Positions 1 to 10,515 of a DNA stretch of 32,000 bases are shown here, piece by piece. The position numbers and the translations under genes are program-made. Under the pieces are notes generated by a model, which saw only the letters and a list, made by a program, of their open reading frames with translations, had not been told where the DNA came from and did no database searches. This DNA comes from Paramicrosporidium saccamoebae KSL3. Its lineage: Eukaryota > Fungi > Cryptomycota. Location of the stretch: assembly GCA_002794465.1 (NCBI GenBank), contig MTSL01000208.1:1-32000 (forward strand). Direction: 5' to 3'. Numbering within the stretch: the first letter of the stretch is position 1; each line of letters starts with the position of its first letter.

Positions 1-642
1 CGCTCATTTTCCTTGAATGTTGGCTGACTGATCGAGATGGATTCTCAACTGGATTTTTTCACACTTGTAATACTAAAAAGGTGATGCGACAACCATCTGA
101 CATTCAATGTTACAAATTTCTACGCAGTCTCTCTCAGTGTGCTATCCAAGGGTAAGTTATGCAACAACATTGCCATGTTTGGGGCAGTCAATACCCTCAA
201 TCGCTTCGATCCAGGCATGGCTGGAGGGACTGCACTGAATTTCCGTACTATCGACCTTTAAACACATAAATTCTACCTCCCCTAAAGCTCCGTCTGAGGT
301 TAAAATTTATATACCAACATCCCACACCGGATCACCATAAATGTTTCGGGGGGACTCAATTTCAGCCATCATGCACGTATGACCGTCTTGACCTACTGAA
401 ATGGTCACAAATGAAGAAAAACTGACAGACCTAGTGTTAGACAATATCCGCTTCTGGACCAGTGGTCCCAGCCCAAAATGCTGTCACACAATCCAGTGTA
501 TTGACAATCTGTAAAAGGCCTAACCAGCTTTATTTACACAACAAGTCTAGGTAATGTTATTGTTTACTTGTTAGTTTTACTGTCAATCCATTATTAGTAA
601 AGAATCCCCCGGTTTGCCGGTCCACCATTTTGTAATTGGCCG

Positions 643-2349
643 TTAGGGCGTGCAGCGTTTCATGTAGCGCGGATAGAAGCATACCTCACGGACATGGTCA
701 CGTTTGAGGGCCCACGCAAGGAATCGCTCAAAACCAAGTCCGTATCCACCATGGGGACAGGCTCCGTATTTGCGCTGGTCAGTGTACCAATAGTAAAACT
801 TGGGGTCGATTCCCTCGCGCGCATATCCCTTCATAATGTCTTCATAATCCCAGATACGCATACTACCACCAATAATCTCACCCACGCCGGGCATTAGCAG
901 ATCAGTCGAATGGGTCAGGGCTGGATCTTCCTCATCGCGGAACATGTAAAATGCCTTCATGGCCGTTGGGAAGCGACAAAGGAATATTGGCTCGCCAAGA
1001 GTGTCCACCATGAACCGCTCGGGTTTCTCGGGAATGTCCTCTCCATACTCGTAAAGGGTACCATCATCCTTGCGGAAATCAGCCTGGCGGAGCCACTCGA
1101 TCGCATCCTTGTACTGCATGCGACGGAAGGGACGCTGGGGAACCTTTAGGTCGGGATTCAATTCCAAAATCATGTCGCGGGATGAGCTACTCAGGGCCTT
1201 TTCAATTACGTCACAGACAAGGAATTCTAGACGCTCCAAGAGCTCGTCATAGGTAATGAACGGCATCTCAGCCTCAATGTGCGTAAACTCGGAGAGATGG
1301 CGACGGGTACGGGAGGCCTCGGCACGGAATGACATTTGGATGCAAAACACATCTCCCATGGACGGAATGGCAGTTTCCAGGTACAGTTGGGAACTTTGAG
1401 TGAGATATGCAGGCTCACCATAGTAATCCAACTTGAACAGGGTGGATCCACCTTCACATTCAGTCTGGGTGAGGCACGGCGTAGTGAGTTCTACATAATG
1501 CTGCTCAATGTAATGCTGGCGGAAGGCTTGCAAAAAGACACTGCGCAGCTTCATCAAAGAGCTGGCAGTCTCTCCACGCAGAACCAAATGGCGCTGGTCA
1601 TACATGACTTCAGGGCCGGCTTCCTTATTAAGTTTTGTCTCAAAGGCTTCAATGCCTGAGGGCGCAGCGTGGATCAACTTCCAGAAATCCACAATGAGCT
1701 CGTGGCCACCAGGAGCTGACTTACCCTCGGGTACCTCGACGAGCGTTCCGTACAAGGCCACAGTCGATTCTACAGTGAGTTTGGGGATATCCACTGACTG
1801 GCACATTTCCTTTCCAAGCAAGCACTGGAGATATCCGCTTCCGTCACGAAGAGTCAGGAACATCATATTCTTTCCCTGCATCCTCATTCTATGTATCCAT
1901 CCAAAAATGACCACACGCTTTCCCTCCTTGCGTGCCTTTTCAGCTTCACGAATTTTAATCTTTTGGGCCACAGGCAAAGTGGAATCTTCGGTAAGAACCT
2001 TATATTCCACCTGGGTCTCGACGGCCTGGCTTGGCAAGTTTTCGCGTTCTGCCTGCTTCCGTGCCTTTTTTTCTTGAATTTCCAAAAGTCCAACTGCCTT
2101 CTTCAGGGCCGCCTTTGGTGCATCCTGGAAGCCCTCCTCTTCGCTCTTACGGAGCATCAACTTTACGTCCTTGGGGATGGTAATCTCACCGCCGTTAATA
2201 GCCACAGAAAGCGCATGCGCCAGCGTTCCAAATGGCTTTGCCTCAGTTCCGTCACCACCATCGTCGCTTCCACAAAGTAAACATGCGTAGAGGGTCTTGC
2301 GAGGCTCGCTAAGCGAGAGGTCTTCCATTTGCTTGTGAACAGCACCCAT
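643..2349 (-). CDS. NARS1: Cytosolic asparaginyl-tRNA synthetase (class IIb), 568 aa, intronless
   Basis: Eukaryote-type N-terminal extension (GSDDGGDGTEAKPFGT), OB-fold anticodon domain (GWIHRMRMQGKNMMFLTLRDGSG), motif 2 (FRAEASRTRRHLSEFTHIEAE), motif 3 (PHGGYGLGFERF) and C-terminal YPRYMKRCTP. Confidence 0.97.
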   Translation of the reverse strand: MGAVHKQMEDLSLSEPRKTLYACLLCGSDDGGDGTEAKPFGTLAHALSVAINGGEITIPKDVKLMLRKSEEEGFQDAPKAALKKAVGLLEIQEKKARKQAERENLPSQAVETQVEYKVLTEDSTLPVAQKIKIREAEKARKEGKRVVIFGWIHRMRMQGKNMMFLTLRDGSGYLQCLLGKEMCQSVDIPKLTVESTVALYGTLVEVPEGKSAPGGHELIVDFWKLIHAAPSGIEAFETKLNKEAGPEVMYDQRHLVLRGETASSLMKLRSVFLQAFRQHYIEQHYVELTTPCLTQTECEGGSTLFKLDYYGEPAYLTQSSQLYLETAIPSMGDVFCIQMSFRAEASRTRRHLSEFTHIEAEMPFITYDELLERLEFLVCDVIEKALSSSSRDMILELNPDLKVPQRPFRRMQYKDAIEWLRQADFRKDDGTLYEYGEDIPEKPERFMVDTLGEPIFLCRFPTAMKAFYMFRDEEDPALTHSTDLLMPGVGEIIGGSMRIWDYEDIMKGYAREGIDPKFYYWYTDQRKYGACPHGGYGLGFERFLAWALKRDHVREVCFYPRYMKRCTP

Positions 2350-2729
2350 TAGGGTGAGCCGGGATCCCGTCGGTTTTTCCCAGGCTCCTCAACGATGATT
2401 GGTGGATGGACCAATGGGCCTACGAACAATCATGAAACCTGTCTAAGCACATTCACAGTCATAAGCGCACTTACAGTCAGTGATGTCGATTGCAAGTCGT
2501 CATTCTCAGCTTTTGGGATAGCATTTTGGTTTGTAACTGCTAATTGTAAGCGGATATTATCTAAGAAACTCTTATTAAGACTCTGTGATTCGCTTCGCTA
2601 TAACTTTTACACACAAAGTGATCGTCTTGTAAAATGAAATCTGATGATTACGCAACAGCAATCTATAATCGAATCTTGGATTCTTTGCACCAACGGCACA
2701 ATGCACAGTAATTAACCAATCAATTCCCC

Positions 2730-2792
2730 TTTAAACTTTAAACTTTACACATTACACATTATACATTACATATTGCGTATTACATATTGAAT
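2730..2792 (+). repeat. Degenerate 7-nt tandem repeat, 9 units, running into the COG4 ATG
   Basis: tttaaac tttaaac tttacac attacac attatac attacat attgcgt attacat attgaat. Confidence 0.75.
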
Positions 2793-4981
2793 GACTGTAG
2801 AACAAGAATATAGTAAAACGCTGGAAGCGCAGCTCGCAGAGCTCGAGCGACAGAGGACAGCTCTCCAAAAAGAACTGGGCAAGACGTGCGATATTTTGAA
2901 AATGGACGAGTCTGAAGCAGAGGGTCTTGGAGAGATTATGTAAATATAGCTAGTCGCCTCAATTTAGGGCCTCGTTACGCGACCTCCACACATCAGATGC
3001 GGCGCGTGTCATTTCACTGACAAAGGAGACCCATGAGATTGCGGGAAAGATGAGTGCCAATATTAGGAAACGAGACATGGAGAGGGCAAAACCAGGACCG
3101 CCATATTAATGTGTAGACACGCCTGGAAAGGGTGATTAAGATGGTTGGGGAGATTGAACAGCTGAATGGCAATTTTCAGAGACTGAATTCAGAGTGTGAG
3201 TCGGGTCCCTTGGCAGATAGCTGCGCTCTATTTGATGCAGTGAAGCATTGGTACCGGATATATACGGCTTGCCTCACCCATTAGTTCCGAGCAAGTTAAA
3301 GCTGGATGGGGGTGCAGGTACTCTACGGAAGGCGACATGAGCGAAAAATTGTCTGTCATTCAAGGAGTGCTAGTAAAACGTCTAGAGGCCGTTCTGAGGA
3401 CGCACAAGCTATCCGATAATGCTGATGAGACTATGGGACAGGCCTTTGACCTGCTTCTGCTATTCAAGTCGATTGATCAACAGCATGAAGGACTGGAGAT
3501 TCTTTCAAATCTCGTTCAAAAGTTTACTGCAAATGCGCTGGGCACCATTTTGAACCAACAATCATCTCTTGACTTTCGATTTGCCCTCAGAACTGGGAAA
3601 ATTTGTGAATTTGCAAAGGGTCTCTTTGGATGGTGTCGGGGCCAGTTGCTGAGACTTGACGAGAATGGGTCTAGTGCGGCAATCCATAGTCGCATATTCA
3701 CAGAGGCAGAGATTGCATTAGTATCCGTAATTCGCTCCTTTATTAGCGAGCGCAACGTACATCAAATGGTTGAATCACTCCAAATAGACGACTCTACCAC
3801 CAGCGAGATGAATATCAAGGATATGGATTTGTTGGCAACAGAGATTGCCTTGATCATTCAAAACTGTCTATCGTTGGCCCGTGACAGACAGCACGCTGTG
3901 CGTAATCTTGACGCAACCAAGTTTTCTAATCTAGGATCGTTGTTCTCAGTCTTGGCGGACCTCTTGATAAGCTATTCAAAGCTCGAGAATGCTTACCTCC
4001 AATCGGGGGTTAGAATGGTACTCATTCTCCCTTAAGGTAACCATCTAGGCCTTGTCCATGAGTAAAGTGTCAGAAGATGACAAAATCTCGACCAGTGTTG
4101 AGGATTCTTTCTTCCTGGCCCAAAAATGCTGCACACGGGCAATTGCTGTGGGTGAATCATCAGCCATTACCAATGTTCTTGAAGGATGCAAAGCCGTCAT
4201 GAACTCTGAAATGATCGTCTTTCTCCAGCGGAGGATGAGACAATTAGTACCCGACGCCAAGACTGGTGACTCGATCATTATTGCCGTGAATGACGCCGCG
4301 GCAGGCCGTGACTTTCTTGAACGTCTTGTTGATGAATTGCGCGAGCTAAGCGACAATGGTCAGATGTACTCCATCAACAGGGCATCAGAGGGATGCATTG
4401 GCGAGCTGGATAATCTTGCCAAGAGCAAAATCAATACATCCCTGAATGGACTGGATAGTGTGGGCTCAGCATTTCGAGGAATTGTCAAAACAGGATTGGA
4501 GTCTATCAATTCTATCATGATAAAATCAAAGATAGTGCCCTTTTTGGCACAATTATCTCGAGATCTGGCAACTGCTGAAGGAAGCGAGACTCCCTTGTTG
4601 AGACTAATACCATTTGTGGACAAGACACTCTTGCCCCACTTTGTTCGTCTTGTTGACGAAAACCAAGCCAGCTCCATCATGCTAATTTCCAATGAGATAT
4701 CTCAGCAGATTGAGCAGTCTCTGCTTGGCAGTAAGTGGACCATCCAAACTGCAACCAACACTGAGCGTAATCTCCGCAAGCTGATTTCCTATTTGGCCGA
4801 CTTGACAGAGTTGCAAGCCAAGGATCTATTTATTCGCTCCAACCAGATGCTATCCATTATTACTTGTGATACTCACGTCGAGGCCGCTGCGTATGTAGAG
4901 ATTTCTTCAGGAAATGAGAATTGGCGACTAACAGAGGGAGAAAGTAAAACAATGCTTGCTTCACGTATTGACTGGAAATAA
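2791..4981 (+). CDS. COG4: Conserved oligomeric Golgi complex subunit 4-like, about 688 aa, 5 exons (2791-2939, 2968-3085, 3117-3250, 3285-4017, 4049-4981)
   Basis: Introns of 28, 31 (GC-AG), 34 and 31 nt join the ORFs in frame (exon sum 2067 nt). COG4-like segments: AGKMSANIRKRDMERTRL, TSVEDSFFLAQKCCTRAIA, and C-terminal LTEGESKTMLASRIDW. Confidence 0.8.
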
Positions 4982-5005
4982 ACCAACAGATAATTCTTTC
5001 TCATA

Positions 5006-5180
5006 TAATGACGACGAAACTCTGTATCTTACATTTAGCCTAATAACGATGGAATTCTGCTCCTTACATTTAGCATAATAACGACGAAACTCTGTTCCTT
5101 ACATTTAGCATAATAGCAATGGAACTCTGCTCCTTCCATTTAGCATAATAGCGACGGAAATCTGCTCCTTCCATTTAGCA
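5006..5180. repeat. 35-nt minisatellite, 5 copies
   Basis: Units start at 5006, 5041, 5076, 5111 and 5146. Consensus taataacgacg(g/a)aactctgctccttacatttagca. Confidence 0.95.
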
Positions 5181-5184
5181 TAAT

Positions 5185-5297
5185 CTCTCCCACAGGTCTT
5201 TCCCACATGTCTCTCTCACACGTCCTTCCCACATGTCTCTCTCTCACACCTCTCCCACATGTCTCTCCAACTTGCCCCTCTCGCATGCCTCTCTCAT
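5185..5297. repeat. C/T-rich degenerate repeat (cccacatgtctctctc-like, about 4-5 copies)
   Basis: Recurrent cccaca(t/g)gtct(c/t) and ctctctcaca blocks. Confidence 0.7.
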
Positions 5298-5339
5298 ATA
5301 ATTTCGGACCAATTGGCTTTCTTCTAGCAGCCACAATTC

Positions 5340-6755
5340 ATGAAGAGTGTACTCCGCTCAGCGTATGTCCTCAAGTCAGCCATGTGTCATGCTTAGCAAG
5401 AATTTTACCAAAGGATACTCGGAAATTCAGGTAAAGGTCCGCGAAGCCACTTCCAATGAAGATTGGGGACCCACCATGAATCAGCTAGAGGAGATTGCGA
5501 GAGCGTCGTTTAATCCGTTATCACCCACGGATGCCTCCTAATATTGTAGCACTCAGTTTTCAGATATTATTTATATTATCGACAAGAGATTGAATGACCA
5601 TGGAAAGAACTGGAGACATGTCTACAAGACATTGCTGGTGCTGGAATACTGTATTTGTTGTGGCGCTGACACTATGGTCACATTTGCAAAGGAGCGTCTC
5701 CACGAGGTAAAGACTCTTCGTGAGTTTATATCCTTGGACGACAACGGGACCGACAATGGCGCATGCGTTCGCGAAAAGAGCAAAGACATTGTGGGACTGT
5801 TATCAGACGACAATCTCCTTTCATCAGCCAGAAGAAACAAAAATCCCCCGATGGAGAGACGGCCGCAATCCGTCGGTCCGCTGACGATTGCAAAAGGGAG
5901 CTCCAGCAGCAATGCACTATCGACGTCTGTAGGCAATGATCTGCCGGCCTTTATGGATCGCTCACAGTTGCAAAGTCGCAAAAGCTTTGAGGATCTCCAA
6001 ACTGTCGATGAAGAAGAGGCAATGGCCATGGCATTAGAGTGCAGTAAAGCTGAATTTGAGAGTGCCAAGAATCTTCTGGACAGCAAGTAGGGATGCTTGC
6101 ATCTGACTAATCTTAGGGATTCGGGCTACCCTGTATTTTTACGAAATGCCAGTCGATCATCCTCAGCTCACAGCTCATCTCACAATCTGTAGCCCGCAAT
6201 TTTGACCTGTTCATTCTCTTAGGGCAACTAGTGCAACTTTGGCCCAGGGACCATTGTCCGCTGAACAACTCTTAGATCTAGATGATGACTCATTTGCGCA
6301 AGCCTTGGAATCCAGCTATCCTGGAACACGCCAGGCTTCAACGGCAAATGATACTTTTCTGTCGGTGCCATCCAATAGCACGAGCTATGCCGTTAATCCG
6401 TTCGAGATCCAGGTATTACACTTCTGGGCACAAAAGTATAAACTTGTAGAATGACACAATACAGCCAACGTGGACTGACCCCTTTTCCGACACGAGCAAG
6501 TATATGAACGGGAATTCGTTGGGTCAAATGTATGCCAAAGATATGAACGAGCAGCCTGGACCAAAAGAGATACATCCCATAGCGATCCCAATGAATACGT
6601 ATGCAGATTTGCAGACGGGTGCCAAGCCAGTCCTTCCGGGGAGCATGGCCCCTCAATTTGAAAACCAGCCGGCCAAGAATCCCGGAGTCCGGCAAGAGGA
6701 AACGCGTACAGCCACAAAGTCGGACTCTGTAGATCCATTTGCCGATTTGTTCTGA
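5340..6755 (+). CDS. Epsin (ENTH domain, UIM, NPF/DPF motifs), about 415 aa, 6 exons (5340-5362, 5397-5516, 5550-6086, 6117-6188, 6223-6412, 6450-6755)
   Basis: Spliced N-terminus MKSVLRSAKNFTKGYSEIQVKVREATSNEDWGP; KRLNDHGKNWRHVYKTL; UIM DEEEAMAMALECSKAE; NPF, DPF and terminal DPFADLF. Introns 34, 33, 30, 34 and 37 nt; exon sum 1248 nt. Confidence 0.93.
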
Positions 6756-7004
6756 TGGCTCTGTAAATAAATTAGTGGCGCAGTGTACTGGGATGTGATA
6801 CAGTGTGATAAAAGTGGTAATAGTGGCAATAGTGATAAATGCAACGAAAATAGTGCGTCAAAAATCTCTAGGATCTATATAACATCTATAGTCACCTTGG
6901 ATACGCTCTCAATTAGTCAAGCTCTAATATATCATACTCGTACGGCGGGAATACAAACTTGTGTCAATTTGTACAGTTTGGGCTAAAAATATCACCAAAG
7001 TTCT

Positions 7005-8219
7005 ATGAGTAAGTGTGCAGTGTCGCCTATTCCCCCGTGCTTAGAGCCTCACTTAGATGCTAAAGCTCAACAGCGTGCAGTGTCGCCTATTCCCCCGTGC
7101 TTAGAGCCTCACTTAGGTGCTAAATCTCAACAGTGTGCGACGCCGCCTCTTCCCCTTTGTTTAGAGCCTCACTCGGGTGCTAAATCTCAACAGCGTGCAG
7201 TGTCGCCTATCCCCCCGTGTTTAGAGTCTTACTCAAAGCCAGTGCAATCTATTCCCCTGTGCTTAGAGTCACACTCAAGACCAACACAATCCACTCTCAT
7301 GCGCGCAGAGCCTCACTCAAAGCCAAGGCGAAGGGTCCAATTTGCGACGGAGCACCAAAAGCTATATTTTCACCCTACAAGGCCAGTATTTAAGACGACA
7401 AAGCCAGTGTGTCGGATAGCATTATCTCCCATTAACTGCGTGGCAGAGTCTGGAACGGGATCCTGGCTGGCAGACTTGCAGGGAATGCGGCAGGCACCAT
7501 TTTGTCGGTTGGATTATCTGCGAGTCAAGTCGGTAGTAGACTCCTCGTCTACTACTCCAAGTGTCTTTGAAATGGATGAGGCGTCCTGCGACGCGATGAT
7601 TGAAGGAGAGGTGGCCGCTTTGAATTTGGACTATAAAAAAGAAATCTACGTTCATTACACACTTGACTCTTGGAAAACGCAAAGCGTGACAATGGCAACT
7701 TATACGTCCAGTGTTAGTACCTTGAGGATCGACAAGTTCCGATTTATCATTCCACTACAAGACAGTATGGGCGACTTTACTCTGCAGATTGCAATCAAAT
7801 ATTGCGTTGGAGGCAAGATCTACTGGGACAATTTTAATTGTCAGAATTACCAGTTCTCGGGGACGGTTGAGGAGGAAGACGGCCAGGTCTTGGAAGAGCT
7901 AGTGGGCAGGAACGAGGCCGACTTTGATTTTATGACAGAGGTGATTACAACTGCCGTAACCAAGCCTCAGCCAATTCCAATTCCAACCACAAAGCTGTCC
8001 TGCAGCACTGCCTTGTCAGCCGTGCCATCTCCGACCAGCATAAGAATTAACTATTCAAAAAGTGCCGCTGATGTCCCGTTTGTCGTGTCAACCAAGAGCA
8101 TTCCAGGCCATGCCGCGTCCTGGACATGCACCAAGTCCTTCACCGTTCAGGCCGATTTTTCTAGATCTAGAACTCTTACTACAATGCCGCTGGATGGAAT
8201 CCCGTTTTTCATGGCCTAA
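7005..8219 (+). CDS. CBM21-domain protein, probable glycogen-targeting PP1 regulatory subunit, 404 aa
   Basis: RVxF motif (RRRVQFA) followed by CBM21 motifs EGEVAALNLDYKKEIYVHYTLDSWKT and AIKYCVGGKIYWDNFNCQNY. Confidence 0.85.
   Translation: MSKCAVSPIPPCLEPHLDAKAQQRAVSPIPPCLEPHLGAKSQQCATPPLPLCLEPHSGAKSQQRAVSPIPPCLESYSKPVQSIPLCLESHSRPTQSTLMRAEPHSKPRRRVQFATEHQKLYFHPTRPVFKTTKPVCRIALSPINCVAESGTGSWLADLQGMRQAPFCRLDYLRVKSVVDSSSTTPSVFEMDEASCDAMIEGEVAALNLDYKKEIYVHYTLDSWKTQSVTMATYTSSVSTLRIDKFRFIIPLQDSMGDFTLQIAIKYCVGGKIYWDNFNCQNYQFSGTVEEEDGQVLEELVGRNEADFDFMTEVITTAVTKPQPIPIPTTKLSCSTALSAVPSPTSIRINYSKSAADVPFVVSTKSIPGHAASWTCTKSFTVQADFSRSRTLTTMPLDGIPFFMA
7013..7325 (+). repeat. Coding tandem repeat: about 3.8 x 60 nt (20 aa) plus 2 x 42 nt
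   Basis: (C/R)AVSPIPPCLEPHLGAKSQQ units starting at 7013, 7073, 7133 and 7193. Confidence 0.92.
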
Positions 8220-8233
8220 ACTGTAATACACTT

Positions 8234-9473
8234 TTATTCTTCAGAGTAGCACCAAAGCACAAGCTTCAACGAGCTGGTCACAATTCTGGCCGACTCGTAT
8301 GCAGCATCCAAATCCGAATCCTCGCACATTGTGATCAAATCGCCATCAGAGTCGCGGTACTTTAGCTTAACCTGAGTTTTCCCAAACTTTTCCTTCACTC
8401 GATCATTTAGCGACTCGAATGTCTCCATCTCATCGAGCATTATCATTCGAGACTGGGCAATCTTCTCCTCATCGCCCACGATGAAATGTACTTTTGCCAG
8501 ACTGAGGGTCACGTCATTCGTCGCTGTCACTGAGGTGCTGGAAAATGCCACTGATGAGGATCTAGAGTGCTTGCGGTTGTGCTGAATTCTCTGAATCTTT
8601 TCCAGCTCGTCACGTACAATCTAGAACAATCATGCTCGATATCTTTCAAATGTACATCTTTATGGGTGGGGGCCATGAACTGGGTTGCACTGTCTGATTC
8701 GCCTTCGGCGACACTGACCAAGGCTCGACTGGTTGGAACCTCCTGAGCTTGGAATGCCTTAAGGGATCCCAGAGATGCGGTTCTTCTTTGCGCCTTTACT
8801 CGAAAAATGTCCGTCAAGGGCGGTTCAAAAAGCATCCATTTCTAATTTTAGTACTTTGAAAGAGATTTGCACCGAGTCAGAGCCAGAAATCATGGCGTGA
8901 TCAACAATATCATGTCGGACGAGACAGCGGTATTGATGCGCATTCACAAGAGACTTGAGTGCAGCTCCGCGATCAGAGAGATCCATCAGTGCTGCTGCCA
9001 TATTGTAGAACAGCTCGCATGCATAGACGGCCACGTCCAGCCCAAGCTGCTTGTAATCAATCACATTGTTTCCCCTCATGCTCTCCATATCAGTCAAACC
9101 TTATCACCTACCTGCACCGCATTGTTGTAGTGATTGATTGCCCTCTGGATATGGCCCATGCGATACAAGAGGTATGCCAGCTGGAAATGGGCCAGACAAA
9201 AGTAAGGGTCGCATCTCAGACATCTCTCCAAGGTTACCATCTACACCAGTCTTATTGTCACAAAATGTCTACTGAACTCTCCTCATCATGCATAAGAAGG
9301 TAACAGAGGGCCACATTGTAGAGTGGCCTTGAGCGAGCTCCTAGTTTACGAAAGTGCATTGCTGCAACCTCATAATCCCGCACATCAAATGCCGAAATCC
9401 CCAGAGTCCAATACTCTTGTTCCAGTGCGGTCGGGAGCGGTTGAGGTTGCTCTTCCTGCGTTCCACCAAGCAT
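8234..9473 (-). CDS. noxR: NADPH oxidase regulator NoxR / p67phox-like (TPR + PB1), about 370 aa, 5 exons (9473-9273, 9240-9112, 9082-8873, 8841-8656, 8620-8234)
   Basis: TPRs (SRPLYNVALCY, DPYFCLAHFQLAYL), family signature MRGNNVIDYKQLGLDVAVYACELFYN, and C-terminal PB1 with OPCA motif KLKYRDSDGDLITMCEDSDL. Introns 32, 29, 31 and 35 nt, all phase 0. Confidence 0.88.
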
Positions 9474-9615
9474 CTATGTTATAAAAATAGAATCATGCGC
9501 TTTATGAGACGACTGAACCTGAATGAATGTTTACTTGCTAGATCTATTTCAACAGTCTAACAGTTGTAAAGATTAACATTTCACCGGTTCACCACCCTAT
9601 CACTCCACCACTTTA

Positions 9616-10515
9616 TCATTCCATCGCTCGGGGAGCTAGATTGAGCAAAAGAGAGCTGGCATCCAAATACACCCGGTTACTAGACTTGGAGACGGTAGTG
9701 GCAATTTCACGGGCGGCCTCAATTCGGCGCAGATCAATAAATGCAGGATTCTTGCGCATAGCCTCTCCAATCATCTTGGCAGCCTCTGCCTCTCCTTCAG
9801 CTTTTATGATAATGGACTGTTGTTCCTGCTTTGCACGCTCAACGACAAATGCAGCTCGATGTGCCTCTTGCTGTGCAATTTGCTTAGCCTCAACAGCATG
9901 AGCAAATTCTTCGCTGAATTGAACCGAAGTGATGGACACATCCTCCAGGTTAATGTTAAAGGCGGTAGCTCGATCCATCAGTCTTTGGCGAACGAGCTTG
10001 CTCACCTAGCAGGTCAAACGTTCCGGAGAGGGTATACCTTTTCACGCTGAGTCACCAGTTGGCTGGCATTGAATTGGGCGACGACCGACTTGAGCACTTC
10101 GTTGACAATGGATGGAAGAACGCGTTCGTCATAGTCGGAGCCCAGAGTTCTATATATGGTGGGGAGTGCATTTTCATCGGGCTTTGACAATACACGGATG
10201 GTGATATTTACCATTTGCAAGTCCTTTGTTCCCGTAAGAGATGCAATGTTGCGTGGCTTGGCACGAACTTCGTAAAAAATGGGGCGTTCAATCCACGGAA
10301 TCATGAAATGCGTTCCTTCTCCATAAATCTTCTCCTTCAAACCTCCAATACGGGAATATTTAATTGCGCGGTATCCTCCGTCGACTAAAATAAACACTCG
10401 CCACCAAGTGGATACCGTTGTATAAGGATGAATTGATCCCAATAGCGGCAACACCAAGTCCCAAAAGACCACTGGCACGGCCAAGGTTTTTAAAGAGGTC
10501 ACCTCGAGGAGCCAT
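9616..10515 (-). CDS. PHB2: Prohibitin 2, about 278 aa, 3 exons (10515-10416, 10384-10038, 10005-9616)
   Basis: [76 protein letters not shown]. Introns 31 and 32 nt. Confidence 0.97.

Noticed and set aside
2395-2637. 80-aa ORF between AsnRS and COG4
   Set aside because: No recognisable motif; it starts within CCAAT-containing promoter DNA 45 nt from the AsnRS ATG, so it is likely a chance ORF.
3172-3195. Possible 24-nt GC-AG intron in COG4 (gcaattttcagagactgaattcag)
   Set aside because: It reads through in frame without stops, is shorter than all supported introns, ends in CAG, and the encoded residues fit the COG4 helix length.
5006-5180. 35-nt repeats as a CRISPR array
   Set aside because: The units are contiguous with no unique spacers, no cas genes are nearby, and the context is eukaryotic.
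5140-5434. Short ORFs translated from the intergenic repeats
   Set aside because: They come from non-3n repeats, have no protein features, and the plus-strand one overlaps the true epsin exons out of frame.
6772-6856. Degenerate agtg(g/a)-rich 9-10 nt repeat after epsin
   Set aside because: Too degenerate to define a period; probably low-complexity 3' UTR or spacer.
9474-9520. Possible extra 5' exon or UTR intron of NoxR (TAG directly before the ATG)
   Set aside because: No convincing upstream ATG or exon in the 142 bp before the PHB2 stop; it cannot be supported without cDNA.
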